A DNA stretch of 64,000 nt from Candidatus Daviesbacteria bacterium (GCA_016186955.1 JACPKP010000011.1:12477-76476), one strand, 5' to 3'; counted from the stretch's first letter, positions 36,094 through 46,441 are shown. Made by a program: numbers and translations. Notes: generated from the letters alone by a model not told the origin.

Positions 36094-37884
36094 TCAATGC
36101 AGGTCCAGCTGGTATATTTTGTTCCCTTCCAGAAGATACAACTTTTTCCCTCCAGAATCCACTGCAAAATCATCCGCGTCTTTAAACTTATCCCCGGTAA
36201 TTTGTGACTGGTACTGCCCGTTTTTCTTCAGGACAACCACTCTGTTGTTGGGCCTGTCTAACACATACATACTGTCAATGTCTTCGGGGACAACAAAACC
36301 GGACACTTCACTAATAGGTTTGTCCAACCCGCCCACTGAGAAAAAATCACCGGCTCCGGCGGTAAATTTGAGGATTTGGCTTTCCTTCAATACCCAAACG
36401 GAATAATCTATATTTAACTTTTTAGCGCCTGCAAGGTCAACTTTTTGGCCTGGCTTCAAATAAGCAAATTTGTTTGAATACCCGGTTTCTGTAGGCACAT
36501 ATTTCCAGATTTGGCTTTTGATTGAATCAAGCAGATAAATATTGCCTGCAAACCCAAAAATATCAGATATCTCTCCCCAAGTATCGTCAGGTTTGACTAC
36601 CGGCGTAGATTTTGAATTTATCAGGTCAACCTTCACCACTCCTTTATCCTTGGAATAAACAAAAGCAGAATTGGCATTCAGTGAAGCAAAAGAAGCATCC
36701 CCAAGCTGGGTTTGGCCTGCCAATATCTGATTGGTCTTTTTACTGGTATCGACCACCACCAATGTTTTTTGTTTTTCATCTAGTAATAAAAGCTTTCCAA
36801 GTGAAAATGAGAATTTTTTAACAAACAGGTCGCTTTTAATAAGGTCAAGGCTTAAATAAAGCGGCCAATCACGGATCTCCACCACCTTTAGGATTTCATT
36901 ACTGCCACTATCAAGCTCTTTTTTAAGTTCCTGTGCTTTAATATCTTTTGGTTTAATTTTAAGCGCTTCGGTCATATTTTTTTTTGCTTCATCAAGACTT
37001 TGTTTTGCACCTTGGGGATCCGAATCCTTTAAATTTTGTGCTTTGGAATATTGTTCCCGGGCAGCAGAATAGGCTTTGGAAAACCTGGTTTCTTTTTGTG
37101 TATTTTGGGTGTTTAAATAGGACAATCCAATCCAAACCAATAATAAACATCCTAAAAACACCCCAAATAAAACTTTAATCTTTTTACTCAAAAAAATAGT
37201 ATGGTTGCTTTGTATTAACCTTAATCTTTCTAATAACCTCTTTTTTAATAGCGCTGTCATCTGCCCATGGCCCACAGTAATTTGCGGAGCCGGATTTATG
37301 GTATTAGGTTCCAAAATAGTTTTTTCGGGTTGGTTGTCTATTAATACAGCAGCCACCGGAGGATGATTCTCGGCCTTTAACAGGTACATACCCAACTCTT
37401 CTTCGAATGAACAAGTTTTTGACTCCGCCAATAAATCAACCGACTGATAAATCAGCTCCTGCAAACCCTGGTCGGTTGCCAATAGCACCTTATCGTAATC
37501 TTTAACAAAACCTGAGATTAACTGCCCTTTTCCGTCCGGAGGTATAAGCTCGGAAACCTTCCCTTCCCTAAGTAAATAAGCCTTGAACTCCCCTGTAGAA
37601 TACAGGTACAAAACATCACCCTGCCAAAAACCCAAAAGAACCTGAAGGTTTACGACAGCAGAGAGTTGGGTGTTTATCTTTTCAATTATTTGTGGAATCC
37701 TGGTGGCATACGGCTCCTGAGAACTAAAAAACTCCTCTTCTAAATCCAGGCCTGTTTGTCTGATTTTAATAAAAACATCATCGCCTTCGCCGGATAAAAG
37801 AACAGCCAAAGAAGACTGGTATATAAAAGCTTGGGCAGTCAGCAAATCGGTATTTGCGCCAATTGCCTTGGCAAATTTCAACAT
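36094..37884 (-). CDS. Membrane protein: degenerate PP2C-like N-domain, TM, coiled coil, NHL-like beta-propeller
   Basis: G...AYLLR.G and D.VLLATD (PP2C-like), central TM, repeated YLLD/YVLD blades. Confidence 0.6.
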   Translation of the reverse strand: MLKFAKAIGANTDLLTAQAFIYQSSLAVLLSGEGDDVFIKIRQTGLDLEEEFFSSQEPYATRIPQIIEKINTQLSAVVNLQVLLGFWQGDVLYLYSTGEFKAYLLREGKVSELIPPDGKGQLISGFVKDYDKVLLATDQGLQELIYQSVDLLAESKTCSFEEELGMYLLKAENHPPVAAVLIDNQPEKTILEPNTINPAPQITVGHGQMTALLKKRLLERLRLIQSNHTIFLSKKIKVLFGVFLGCLLLVWIGLSYLNTQNTQKETRFSKAYSAAREQYSKAQNLKDSDPQGAKQSLDEAKKNMTEALKIKPKDIKAQELKKELDSGSNEILKVVEIRDWPLYLSLDLIKSDLFVKKFSFSLGKLLLLDEKQKTLVVVDTSKKTNQILAGQTQLGDASFASLNANSAFVYSKDKGVVKVDLINSKSTPVVKPDDTWGEISDIFGFAGNIYLLDSIKSQIWKYVPTETGYSNKFAYLKPGQKVDLAGAKKLNIDYSVWVLKESQILKFTAGAGDFFSVGGLDKPISEVSGFVVPEDIDSMYVLDRPNNRVVVLKKNGQYQSQITGDKFKDADDFAVDSGGKKLYLLEGNKIYQLDLH

Positions 37885-37962
37885 CAGTTAGAGTCCAGTT
37901 GCCAGAATCCAGAATCTAGAAAAAATATTCCTGGACTCTTGACTCTGGACTCTTGTCGCTAA

Positions 37963-38190
37963 TTAAAGAAACCCCACAAACAAGATGATTATACCTAAAG
38001 CCAACCCTGAATGCAAAATGCTCACCGCCCGGAGGACCGGGCCTGTTTGAGTCATAATAGTTTCTGTCATTAAATATACTTGCCTGATTATAATTAAACT
38101 AAATAAAAAATAAAGGCAGGCAAACGCAATAAAGCTCAACTTAAATACCAAGCCAATATTACCATTAAAAATAGCGGTTATGTCCGGCAT
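37963..38190 (-). CDS. Small membrane protein (CPR DUF5657-like)
   Basis: LY..FS.IIIRQV.LM..T pattern and two TM segments. Confidence 0.6.
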   Translation of the reverse strand: MPDITAIFNGNIGLVFKLSFIAFACLYFLFSLIIIRQVYLMTETIMTQTGPVLRAVSILHSGLALGIIILFVGFL

Positions 38191-38739
38191 TTAAACCCTC
38201 TTTAAATCTTCAATTCGGTCTGCCACTAAATCCGGTTTGGGTACATTTAAAAACCCTATGTTGTGGGTTTCCGCTGCAGTTTGGATTATGATATCCCCAA
38301 AGTAAAAAAGGGACCCAAAAACCCCTTTTACCGACGAGGATATTGTCTCAATATTTTTAAGGTCAATGGTCAAAATATCCCTTGAGGTCAGGTTATAAAA
38401 ATTAACATCTATAACATGCAGGTTGGTGACTATATAGATATTAAAATACCAGAATAAAAACTTCTCAATTGTGTAGGCTACAACAAGCATATACCAGATG
38501 ACCAAACCCCCAACAAAAACCTGAATTGGTATTGCACTGATAATATTTAGATTGAAAATCTCTTCCAGTCTGATGGTAATCACTGGCAGTGTAAATGCTG
38601 CCAGTGAAGCTAAAATCCACGGTAGATTGACAATTCCATGCTCCCTTAAAAAAAGCTCTACAACTTCATCTTTCTCTTGTTCAATAAACTGAATTTTTTG
38701 GGGCTTGTCAAAAAAGGAGGGGAAAAATTTAAGGTCCAT
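38191..38739 (-). CDS. Membrane protein with a bacterial PH domain
   Basis: WYFNIYIVTN..VIDV.F, FGDI.IQTA, F.NVP.P. Confidence 0.7.
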   Translation of the reverse strand: MDLKFFPSFFDKPQKIQFIEQEKDEVVELFLREHGIVNLPWILASLAAFTLPVITIRLEEIFNLNIISAIPIQVFVGGLVIWYMLVVAYTIEKFLFWYFNIYIVTNLHVIDVNFYNLTSRDILTIDLKNIETISSSVKGVFGSLFYFGDIIIQTAAETHNIGFLNVPKPDLVADRIEDLKRV

Positions 38740-38856
38740 ATGAGTGGATAATAGCACAGGTAATTTTCAATTTACAATTAATTTTTAAACTGTTTAAAAA
38801 TTAAAACATTGATTATTGATTGAAAATTAGAAATTAAAAATTGAAAATTAAATTAA

Positions 38857-40518
38857 TTATTTTTTCTCAATATTATAGAGTGGGGACTTAATTGAGACAT
38901 ACCCCGGGGCCCGCAGGTTAAAGATGGTTTTAAAATCAGCCCCTGAAATGGTGATTGAACCTGTTTGGGTTGCAAAAGTCACGCTAGCTGTGCTTCCTCC
39001 CTCTGAATACACCACCGATGCACTGCTGACAGAGGTGACTGCCCCACCATGCTGGTTGGCTTTATCCCTCATCTCTGATATGGAAAACGGGTTTCCGCTC
39101 CAGCAGGATGTATCTACCGGGGAAATCCTATCCCGCGAGTCCCCGGACTGATAAACAATCCAGGAATTTAATATATCCGACATCTCTTCGTTATTCAACC
39201 AGGGATGGGACTTGCCGCAGGACGCTCCCAAACGGTCCTTATACCAACCTTTATAAAACCAGGGTGAACCGGCGATTTTTTCAAAAGCATCACCTGTCCA
39301 GCAATTCTTTGAACCGCATTTTGTATCCCAACCGCCATTGTTGGTATAACCTCCTGTTGTGGAAGAATACTGGGCGTTTGGCCCGCCTTCCAAAACCCAC
39401 CCTTTTGTCTCATTTACAGCCTCTTCCCAAGCTCCGCCTTTGTTTGAGTCTTTATAAACCTGGCACGACTCAGTCGGGCAGATTGAACCGCCCTGGCGCA
39501 CAGCATAAGTCCTGGCTGCCACAGCCTGGGCTTTGAGGGCTTCTTTGGGAAACGAGTTGGGCATTTCATAAATCCTTTTCATATACTCATCTTCAAAATT
39601 CCTACTCCCGTACCCTGATACATTGATGGTTGCAGGCACATTATAGCTTTTATTAAGTGAGGCCCCGGGATAATAGGCTGCCAAAATCTGCTCCGCATTT
39701 TGCCCTGAATCAGCCCTGCCTTTGGCGCCGTATTGGCTCATCCCGTTGCGGTGGGTATAAGCGCCAAACGAAAACATGGCAAAAGCAGGTGAAAAACCAG
39801 GGTTGAAATCAGGCCTGGCATTACTATCATCTGCCAACGGGACATCACCAACAGAGGTGGTAAAGGTGCCTGATTTGGCAGCTAATATCGCCTGTTGCCT
39901 GGCGGAGAGTTCCGCAATTTTACCGGAGAGATCTGCCTGATAATCTTTGGCTTTTTTTATTTCCCCACCTAAAAACACGGCGTTTTTATCTACCTGAGCC
40001 TGCAGGGAAGCAAGGGAAGCCTTGTCTTTTTCCAGTTTTTCTTTCTGGCTGAGCAGATCAACAATCTCGTCCGTAATAGAAGTTATTACTTTCTGGTCCT
40101 CCCTGGTTGCTGCAAGGCGGTAGGAGAGTTCCCGGAAAATACTGGCTGAGGATTGTGAGGAAAATAAAACAGTTAAGGGGTTGGTGTGGTAAGAGCGGAT
40201 GTAATATGAGCGAACCCGCTGTTCAAGCAAAACCTGCTGAAAGGCTATTTTTTCTGTCCTGGCTTCAAGGTCTTTTTCCTTCCGGGAGATTTTATAAGAA
40301 AGGCTGTAAAGGGAAGCCTGGATTTGGGCAAGCTGGCGCTTCAAAGAATCCAGCTGGCCTTCCAAAGGTTTGGTGGCATCAACGGACATCTTTTTAGCCT
40401 TCTCAAGCTCATTTATCTGTTTTTGCAGGTCCTCTACCTCATCAGCATGAATGGGAAAAGTAACAAGTAACAAGTAACAAGTAACAAGTAACAAAAATGG
40501 AAGAATAGTTTTTCTCAT
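38857..40518 (-). CDS. Exported coiled-coil SpoIID/LytB-domain cell-wall hydrolase
   Basis: Signal peptide, long coiled coil, H..GMSQYGA, EMP.SFP.EALKAQAVAARTYA, C.TE.CQVY. Confidence 0.85.
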   Translation of the reverse strand: MRKTILPFLLLVTCYLLLVTFPIHADEVEDLQKQINELEKAKKMSVDATKPLEGQLDSLKRQLAQIQASLYSLSYKISRKEKDLEARTEKIAFQQVLLEQRVRSYYIRSYHTNPLTVLFSSQSSASIFRELSYRLAATREDQKVITSITDEIVDLLSQKEKLEKDKASLASLQAQVDKNAVFLGGEIKKAKDYQADLSGKIAELSARQQAILAAKSGTFTTSVGDVPLADDSNARPDFNPGFSPAFAMFSFGAYTHRNGMSQYGAKGRADSGQNAEQILAAYYPGASLNKSYNVPATINVSGYGSRNFEDEYMKRIYEMPNSFPKEALKAQAVAARTYAVRQGGSICPTESCQVYKDSNKGGAWEEAVNETKGWVLEGGPNAQYSSTTGGYTNNGGWDTKCGSKNCWTGDAFEKIAGSPWFYKGWYKDRLGASCGKSHPWLNNEEMSDILNSWIVYQSGDSRDRISPVDTSCWSGNPFSISEMRDKANQHGGAVTSVSSASVVYSEGGSTASVTFATQTGSITISGADFKTIFNLRAPGYVSIKSPLYNIEKK

Positions 40519-40579
40519 ACGAGCTCTTTAAGCCATTTTACCACGTTGACAATGATTACAAAAGTAATATAATTGTATT

Positions 40580-40876
40580 ATGCATAGAACTATACTGCAG
40601 GTTCCACTACCTAAAGATCTTAAAGAAGGGGCTGAAAAAGCAGCCTTGGATGCAGGGTTCTCTTCTTTACAAGAAGTTTTGAGGGTGTTTATGAAAAAAT
40701 TTGCAAACAAAAAAATAGATCTATCATTTGAAGAAGAAAAAGTTGTTTACCTTTCTGAAAAAGCTGAAAAAAGATATACTAAGGCTATGGAAGATTTCAG
40801 AAAAGGTAAAAATGTCTATGAAGCAAAAGATGTAGATGATCTTTTAAAACAACTGCATAGCTACAGTGAAAATTAA
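40580..40876 (+). CDS. RelB/DinJ-like antitoxin
   Basis: RHH-like N-terminus; leaderless TTGACA(40546)...TATAAT(40568) promoter; upstream of a YafQ-like toxin. Confidence 0.75.
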   Translation: MHRTILQVPLPKDLKEGAEKAALDAGFSSLQEVLRVFMKKFANKKIDLSFEEEKVVYLSEKAEKRYTKAMEDFRKGKNVYEAKDVDDLLKQLHSYSEN

Positions 40877-41129
40877 ATTCTACAAACAATTCGTTAAACA
40901 TCTTACCCAAAGAGTTAAACCCAACCCAAGTTTACTGAAAAAGTGTGATGAAAGAATCGCTTTATTTATTAAAAACCCCAAAGATCCATTACTAAAAGAC
41001 CATAAGTTAATAGGGAGGAAAGAAGACTTTAGGGCATTTTCAATTACAGGCGATATTAGAATTATCTACCGACAAGGAGAGGATTACATCTATTTTATTG
41101 ATATCGGCTCCCATAACCAAGTATATTGA
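40866..41129 (+). CDS. YafQ-family mRNA interferase
   Basis: NPKDPLLKDHKL.G....RAFSITGDIRIIY...DIGSHNQVY. Confidence 0.88.
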   Translation: MKIKFYKQFVKHLTQRVKPNPSLLKKCDERIALFIKNPKDPLLKDHKLIGRKEDFRAFSITGDIRIIYRQGEDYIYFIDIGSHNQVY

Positions 41130-41233
41130 AATTTTACCCCAAACCCTAATTTTAAGTTATATTAATCAAATCCTTGCCCCTCTTCAAAATGCATGGTAAG
41201 CAAAGCTTGCCATTTCATGGTAAGCTGGGGTTA

Positions 41234-42973
41234 ATGTCCAAACTGATATCAATTTTAGCAATACAATTGTTTGGTTTATGTATTATTTTAACTCCTACTA
41301 TAATTTTTGCTGATGAATCTTGCAATGTAAGTGGTGGGGGGCAACAAGGTACGGTTACAATTACCACTAAATTACTAAACCCAGTTATACCTCCTAATTA
41401 TGAAATAACATTCGAGCTTGATCCAAACGCTTTAGATATATTACGAGACCACAATATTGGTTTAGAAACCGGAGGTGGTTTTGGTGGAAGTTCAGTATAC
41501 ACAAACCCTATATCTGTAACCACAAGTAATATTGCTTTTGTAATAAGAGCTGGAAACATCAACCCTGATAACAACGATTCTTTAAGTAAATTCACTGACC
41601 CTGGAAAACATCAAATATCTATATACGAAGCTGCAGGAGGAAGTTCCGGAAGTACCGGGCGATCCAACATATGTTTAGCTTCAGCTGTTTTTGATTATGA
41701 AATTACAAACCCGAGGGTTTTAGAATGCAGTGGACAAATCACGGATAGCTCTACTTCTCAGGGGATTAATGGTGTAGTAATTGAAGTTTATGACGGAGCT
41801 GCTGCCAGCCCAACCCGTACATATAACGTCACCTCTGATGATGGTAAGTATGCTTTCAGACCATCTTCCGGTGGTTTTGGACCTGGCTCCCAACAAACAC
41901 ATAAGGTCATTTTTAAAAACAACGATTACCAAGATTATATTGTTGATTATCTATTACCTGTTACCCCACAAGCCTGTCCAGGAAATATTTCTCTAAAATC
42001 AGTGGCTTTAAAAGGATATGTTTGTGATAAAGGAACTTGCAGAGAATCAAACCCCGGAGAATCATCTAAATACCTGGACAATAATATGTGTAGTAAAGAT
42101 TGTGGTTTATATATTTATGATACGGGGAGATTATATTGTAGACCTGCTTTACCCAATGAAACAACAGGAATAATTTACAGTAAATCAGAATGCGAGGCAA
42201 AAACTCCCCTCGCAGGTACAGATAATTGTGTATATAACAAAACAGTAAATAAATGCGTATGCAACCCTAACTCTGTATCAGGTGGACAACCTCTTACAGA
42301 ATGCCTTAAAAAAGTAACTTCTTCAATTTATTCAGGCATAGACTGTTCAAAGCCTGAAAATAAAGACAAGTGCTCAACTTCTGCAGGACAGACATGTAAT
42401 ATCAATACCAATGAGGTTATAAAAATAGAAAATATTACCGCTAAAAAAGAAGACATGCCTAACACCAGGACCAACCCCATCTCAACATGCAGCGACGGAA
42501 CAGACCTGCGGGAAGTAGACAAAAGAACTGATAACCCTAACAGTTGTAACCCTGAAGCATCCTGCTACAAGGCTGTGACAGGTACAGGAGGTTTTGCTGC
42601 ATATTTTTGCTACAGGGAGCAAAAGACAGTAGCTGCTAAAACTACATATAGTGACAAAAATGGTAATCCGATAGATATGGACTCTAAGAATTTAGGTGTT
42701 TATACTGCCATTGGGTGTATCCCCACTGAGCCCTCAGCTCTAATTACTAAGCTTTTGACATTTGCTGCGGGAGGGGCTGGGGGGATTGCCCTTTTGCTTA
42801 TGATCTTTGGGGCTTTCAGGATGACGACCTCGGCCGGCAACCCGGAGAGCTTAAAAGCAGGCCAGGAACAATTTTCCTCCGCGGTAATAGGGCTGTTGTT
42901 TATTATTTTTGCAGTGTTGTTGCTGCAGATTATCGGGGTTGATATACTGGGATTGCCTGGTTTCACCAAATAA
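41234..42973 (+). CDS. Large Cys-rich exported protein with a C-terminal VirB2/TrbC-like pilin domain
   Basis: Signal peptide, Ig/carboxypeptidase-regulatory-like and Cys-rich modules, then TAIGCIP...GAFRMTTSAGNPE.LK.GQE....AVIGLLF. Confidence 0.75.
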   Translation: MSKLISILAIQLFGLCIILTPTIIFADESCNVSGGGQQGTVTITTKLLNPVIPPNYEITFELDPNALDILRDHNIGLETGGGFGGSSVYTNPISVTTSNIAFVIRAGNINPDNNDSLSKFTDPGKHQISIYEAAGGSSGSTGRSNICLASAVFDYEITNPRVLECSGQITDSSTSQGINGVVIEVYDGAAASPTRTYNVTSDDGKYAFRPSSGGFGPGSQQTHKVIFKNNDYQDYIVDYLLPVTPQACPGNISLKSVALKGYVCDKGTCRESNPGESSKYLDNNMCSKDCGLYIYDTGRLYCRPALPNETTGIIYSKSECEAKTPLAGTDNCVYNKTVNKCVCNPNSVSGGQPLTECLKKVTSSIYSGIDCSKPENKDKCSTSAGQTCNINTNEVIKIENITAKKEDMPNTRTNPISTCSDGTDLREVDKRTDNPNSCNPEASCYKAVTGTGGFAAYFCYREQKTVAAKTTYSDKNGNPIDMDSKNLGVYTAIGCIPTEPSALITKLLTFAAGGAGGIALLLMIFGAFRMTTSAGNPESLKAGQEQFSSAVIGLLFIIFAVLLLQIIGVDILGLPGFTK

Positions 42974-43095
42974 TCTCAAAACTCAAATATCAAATGATAA
43001 ATCTACATCTTAAATTTTAAATCTTCGCAACCTTAAGATTTTAGATTTTAATTGTAGTTTTGACATTTGAGATCTCAGATTTGAGATTTAATATT

Positions 43096-43440
43096 ATGAA
43101 CAAGCTTGCTTTGACAATTGACAACAAAACTATTTCTCCCCCAACTAGCTTTAAACCTGAATTTACTGACCTTGGCTCTGTTATTACAGCTTCATTAAAC
43201 TTAATTTTTTATATTTCAGGGATGCTTTTGTTTATCTGGTTGGCCTGGGGGATCATGCAATATATCTTTGCAGGAGGGAATAAAGAAGCCCTGGCCAAAG
43301 CCCGGACCAGGATTATCTATGCCTTGGTCGGATTCATTATAGTAGTCCTGTCTTTCACCCTCAGTGAATACATCAAAGCTGTACTTAGCCCAACCAGTTC
43401 AATCCCGCAACCGCCAATCACACCAATCACACCACCATGA
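43096..43440 (+). CDS. VirB2/TrbC-like pilin
   Basis: TM-QYIFAGGNKEALAKARTRIIYALVG-TM. Confidence 0.75.
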   Translation: MNKLALTIDNKTISPPTSFKPEFTDLGSVITASLNLIFYISGMLLFIWLAWGIMQYIFAGGNKEALAKARTRIIYALVGFIIVVLSFTLSEYIKAVLSPTSSIPQPPITPITPP

Positions 43441-43805
43441 TTAAAAAGTTAGCCTTCATTAGTATAACGGTTATAACGTTTATAAATATTATATTTACAC
43501 ACCCTGTCTATGCTGAAGACCTTAAAAAACAATATGGTTTTGGCTGGATCACCAGTTTGGGGGATGTTATCAGCCGTAACATTGTCCCGGCCGGTTTTGA
43601 GATTGCCGGGATTGCACTCCTTTTTTATATAGTCATAGCAGCCATAAAGTACATGACCTCAGGCGGTGATAAAGAAGCTGTAGCTTCTGCCCGTGGCATG
43701 ATTACCCATTCTGTGATAGGATTTTTAATGCTGATATTTTTATTTTTATTTTTGCAGTACATCCTGCCCGCAATCGGGCTTAAAAATTTTATTATTGTAA
43801 GATAA
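43437..43805 (+). CDS. VirB2/TrbC-like pilin
   Basis: Signal (VYA), TM-KYMTSGGDKEAVASARGMITHSVIG-TM. Confidence 0.75.
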   Translation: MIKKLAFISITVITFINIIFTHPVYAEDLKKQYGFGWITSLGDVISRNIVPAGFEIAGIALLFYIVIAAIKYMTSGGDKEAVASARGMITHSVIGFLMLIFLFLFLQYILPAIGLKNFIIVR

Positions 43806-44125
43806 TGGCATACCTGGCAAAAAGTTTTCAAGATATTATCGGACAGATTACCCCTCCTGACCCTATCCAGGACATAGGCCGGGGAGGCCGGGGAATAAAT
43901 ACTGTCTTAAGCAATATCCTGACCATAATTTATATATTCGGGACAATCATTTTCCTATTTATGATTGTCATAAGTGCGGTTCAGTGGATTGTCTCAGGCG
44001 GTGATAAAGAAGTTGTCCAAAAAGCCCGCTCAAGGATAACTAATGCTATAATAGGTATAGTGCTTTTAGCGCTGGCAAGGTTTATTGTTTCGCTGATAGG
44101 CTCAATCACAGGGTTTAAAATCTAA
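43805..44125 (+). CDS. VirB2/TrbC-like pilin
   Basis: TM-QWIVSGGDKEVVQKARSRITNAIIG-TM. Confidence 0.75.
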   Translation: MAYLAKSFQDIIGQITPPDPIQDIGRGGRGINTVLSNILTIIYIFGTIIFLFMIVISAVQWIVSGGDKEVVQKARSRITNAIIGIVLLALARFIVSLIGSITGFKI

Positions 44126-44170
44126 ACAGTATATTGACAAACCTTAAATAACCTGCATATGATAATATTA

Positions 44171-44587
44171 ATGAGATCAAAAGTTCTTAGTGTATTAGCT
44201 GTCGGTGCTGCTGTATTGCTAAATCCTATCTCTGTCTTTGCGCAGGATGATGTTAGAAATATTGGTTCTATAGCGCCATCTGCCAGCGGTCTTACGGGAA
44301 TTAATCCATCAACTACCTCTTTAGGTGATTTAATCAGAAATGCCCTTGTTATTATTTATATACTTGCAGCAGTAGCAGTTTTAGCTATGCTGGTTTTTGG
44401 TGCCTTCCAATGGATCACATCAGGAGGAGACAAGGAAGCTGTACAAAAAGCCAGAAGCAGGATAACTGCTGCTTTAGTCGGTATGGGTATTTTGGCTTTA
44501 GCATTATTTATCACTGTACTCATGGGACAAATATTGAATATCAATGTCTTAAATCTTCCAACCTTACCAACACTCGGTAATCCATAA
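44171..44587 (+). CDS. VirB2/TrbC-like pilin (own promoter; candidate major subunit)
   Basis: Signal (VFA), TM-QWITSGGDKEAVQKARSRITAALVG-TM. TTGACA at about 44134. Confidence 0.75.
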   Translation: MRSKVLSVLAVGAAVLLNPISVFAQDDVRNIGSIAPSASGLTGINPSTTSLGDLIRNALVIIYILAAVAVLAMLVFGAFQWITSGGDKEAVQKARSRITAALVGMGILALALFITVLMGQILNINVLNLPTLPTLGNP

Positions 44588-44629
44588 ACTCATTTGCCTA
44601 TTTCACTTATTCTGTAGTAATCTTAAGTT

Positions 44630-44932
44630 ATGGATGGGCCTGCCGGAATAAAACAGATACAAGAACTTATTTTGCGGGTAATAAACCTGTCTGTGGGGTT
44701 AGTGTTTTTTGTTTTGGTAATAGTCCTGGCCATAGGCGGGATTAAATTTTTAACCTCCGGGGGTGAGCAGAAAGCTGTCCAATCCGCCAAAAGCATGATT
44801 ACCTGGGGTATCCTGGGAGTTGTTTTTATGGGGCTGGCCTGGTTGATTTTAAGCCTGGTTGAAGCTTTTACAGGAGTCAAGGTAACCCAGTTTAACCTTT
44901 GTGTGTTGTTTCCAGGCGGTGTCTGCCCATGA
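44630..44932 (+). CDS. VirB2/TrbC-like pilin
   Basis: TM-KFLTSGGEQKAVQSAKSMITWGILG-TM. Confidence 0.75.
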   Translation: MDGPAGIKQIQELILRVINLSVGLVFFVLVIVLAIGGIKFLTSGGEQKAVQSAKSMITWGILGVVFMGLAWLILSLVEAFTGVKVTQFNLCVLFPGGVCP

Positions 44933-45843
44933 TTAGTAAATTTCAAATTTCAAATTTCAAATTTCAAATTTCTTTATTTTTCCTTTTTACTTTTTCCTTT
45001 TTACTTTTTCCTTTACATGCTTTTGCCAGCCATTGTGATGCCTCAGGTAATTTTACCTCACTAAACAGCTACTGCGACCCCTCCACCAACACCATCTGGC
45101 AAGATGAGGTTGACTGCACCCATGCTGACACTGGCACAGCCTGCGCTATCCCCGCACCTGCAACCTGTCTGTACAATGAAACCTGTGACGCAGGACCGGG
45201 CCCTGCCAGCGGGGAACACACTTGCACAGGCACTAACCCAAATGAAGCCGGGCAACCCCAGTGCGGATATAACAGTGCAGTTGACCCTGCCTGCACAGCC
45301 TGCACAGCCAAAACACCTCCTGCGCCACCTGTTCCACCTCCAGCCCCGCCAGCTCCACCTGCTGGCGCCACCCCAACAGCAGCCATAGCTACAGAAAGCG
45401 CTGAGGAAGCAGCCATCAGGCATATGGATACAGGGTTAAAACCTGAGGAATTACCACAAGAAGCAGACGAGAAACCAGGGATCATCCAAATCATAGGGGA
45501 TTTTTTTAGCAATATAGGGAGGTTATTAAACAGAATGGTATCTTTTTTCCAAAATTCTCAGGGTTTGCAAACAGCCGAGCTTCCTGAACAAAATTGTAAA
45601 TCAAGCGATCCTGATAGTGCAGTAAGTAACTTTTTAGGGGATAGTGATTGTAAAGGAATCTATAACAGCACAACACCTGATGAACAAATTTTACCGAATG
45701 GAATAAAAGTCAGGGTTGGTAATATTGATATCCCAAAAACTGAACAGGCGAATGCTAAAGAGGAGGGTTTTGAGGATGCGTTTTTACCTGAAGGATGTAA
45801 TAAAATAACTACCGGTGATTGTAATATACCTATTAGCCCATAG
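44929..45843 (+). CDS. Exported Cys-rich/Pro-rich protein
   Basis: Signal peptide (HAFA), Cys-rich domain, PPAPP linker. ATGA overlap with the last pilin. Confidence 0.6.
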   Translation: MISKFQISNFKFQISLFFLFTFSFLLFPLHAFASHCDASGNFTSLNSYCDPSTNTIWQDEVDCTHADTGTACAIPAPATCLYNETCDAGPGPASGEHTCTGTNPNEAGQPQCGYNSAVDPACTACTAKTPPAPPVPPPAPPAPPAGATPTAAIATESAEEAAIRHMDTGLKPEELPQEADEKPGIIQIIGDFFSNIGRLLNRMVSFFQNSQGLQTAELPEQNCKSSDPDSAVSNFLGDSDCKGIYNSTTPDEQILPNGIKVRVGNIDIPKTEQANAKEEGFEDAFLPEGCNKITTGDCNIPISP

Positions 45844-45883
45844 TTGACAGCTTGTATACTTTGTGTTATAATTTATTAGTTTT

Positions 45884-46441
45884 ATGGCTACTGAAACTTC
45901 ACCTGAAATCAGGCAAACTAAAAGATATTTGCCAAGAGCCGGACGCAGAAATTTTTTGAAGCTTCTTGGAGGAGTATCTTTAGCATCTCTTGTTGCTGCA
46001 TGCGCACCTCAACCTGTAGCACAAATAGCATCTGTGCCTGTTGAATCTAAACCTATAATCAATCCTCCAGCTAAACCCGAAATAAGATTGCAAAACATGG
46101 AAACTCCAGAAAATAGGGCTAAAGAGTGGTTTAATTCAGTATCAACAGGGAATAAAGACCTTTACAAGGCTCAATTTCCTGCAAATGATCCTCCGCTGCC
46201 ACTTCCTGAAGGATTAAGAAATCGTTACACAGAGTGTGATATTAATTCAAACTCAACAAAAATATTGCCTCCTATTAATTTATCTGATGGGACAACTAAG
46301 TTGGTTGTTGATTTTAATAAAAATTGTATTAAAAATGGAGCTGGAGTAGGTGAATATAGATATATTATCTTTAAAATGAAAAAAGATCAAAATGGACATA
46401 TCACTGTTATATCTGCCAATCCTGATATTACTCCAAACTAA
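45884..46441 (+). CDS. Putative lipoprotein with a twin-arginine-like signal
   Basis: GRRNFLK, h-region and LVAAC lipobox. TTGACA-17-TATAAT promoter from 45844. Confidence 0.6.
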   Translation: MATETSPEIRQTKRYLPRAGRRNFLKLLGGVSLASLVAACAPQPVAQIASVPVESKPIINPPAKPEIRLQNMETPENRAKEWFNSVSTGNKDLYKAQFPANDPPLPLPEGLRNRYTECDINSNSTKILPPINLSDGTTKLVVDFNKNCIKNGAGVGEYRYIIFKMKKDQNGHITVISANPDITPN

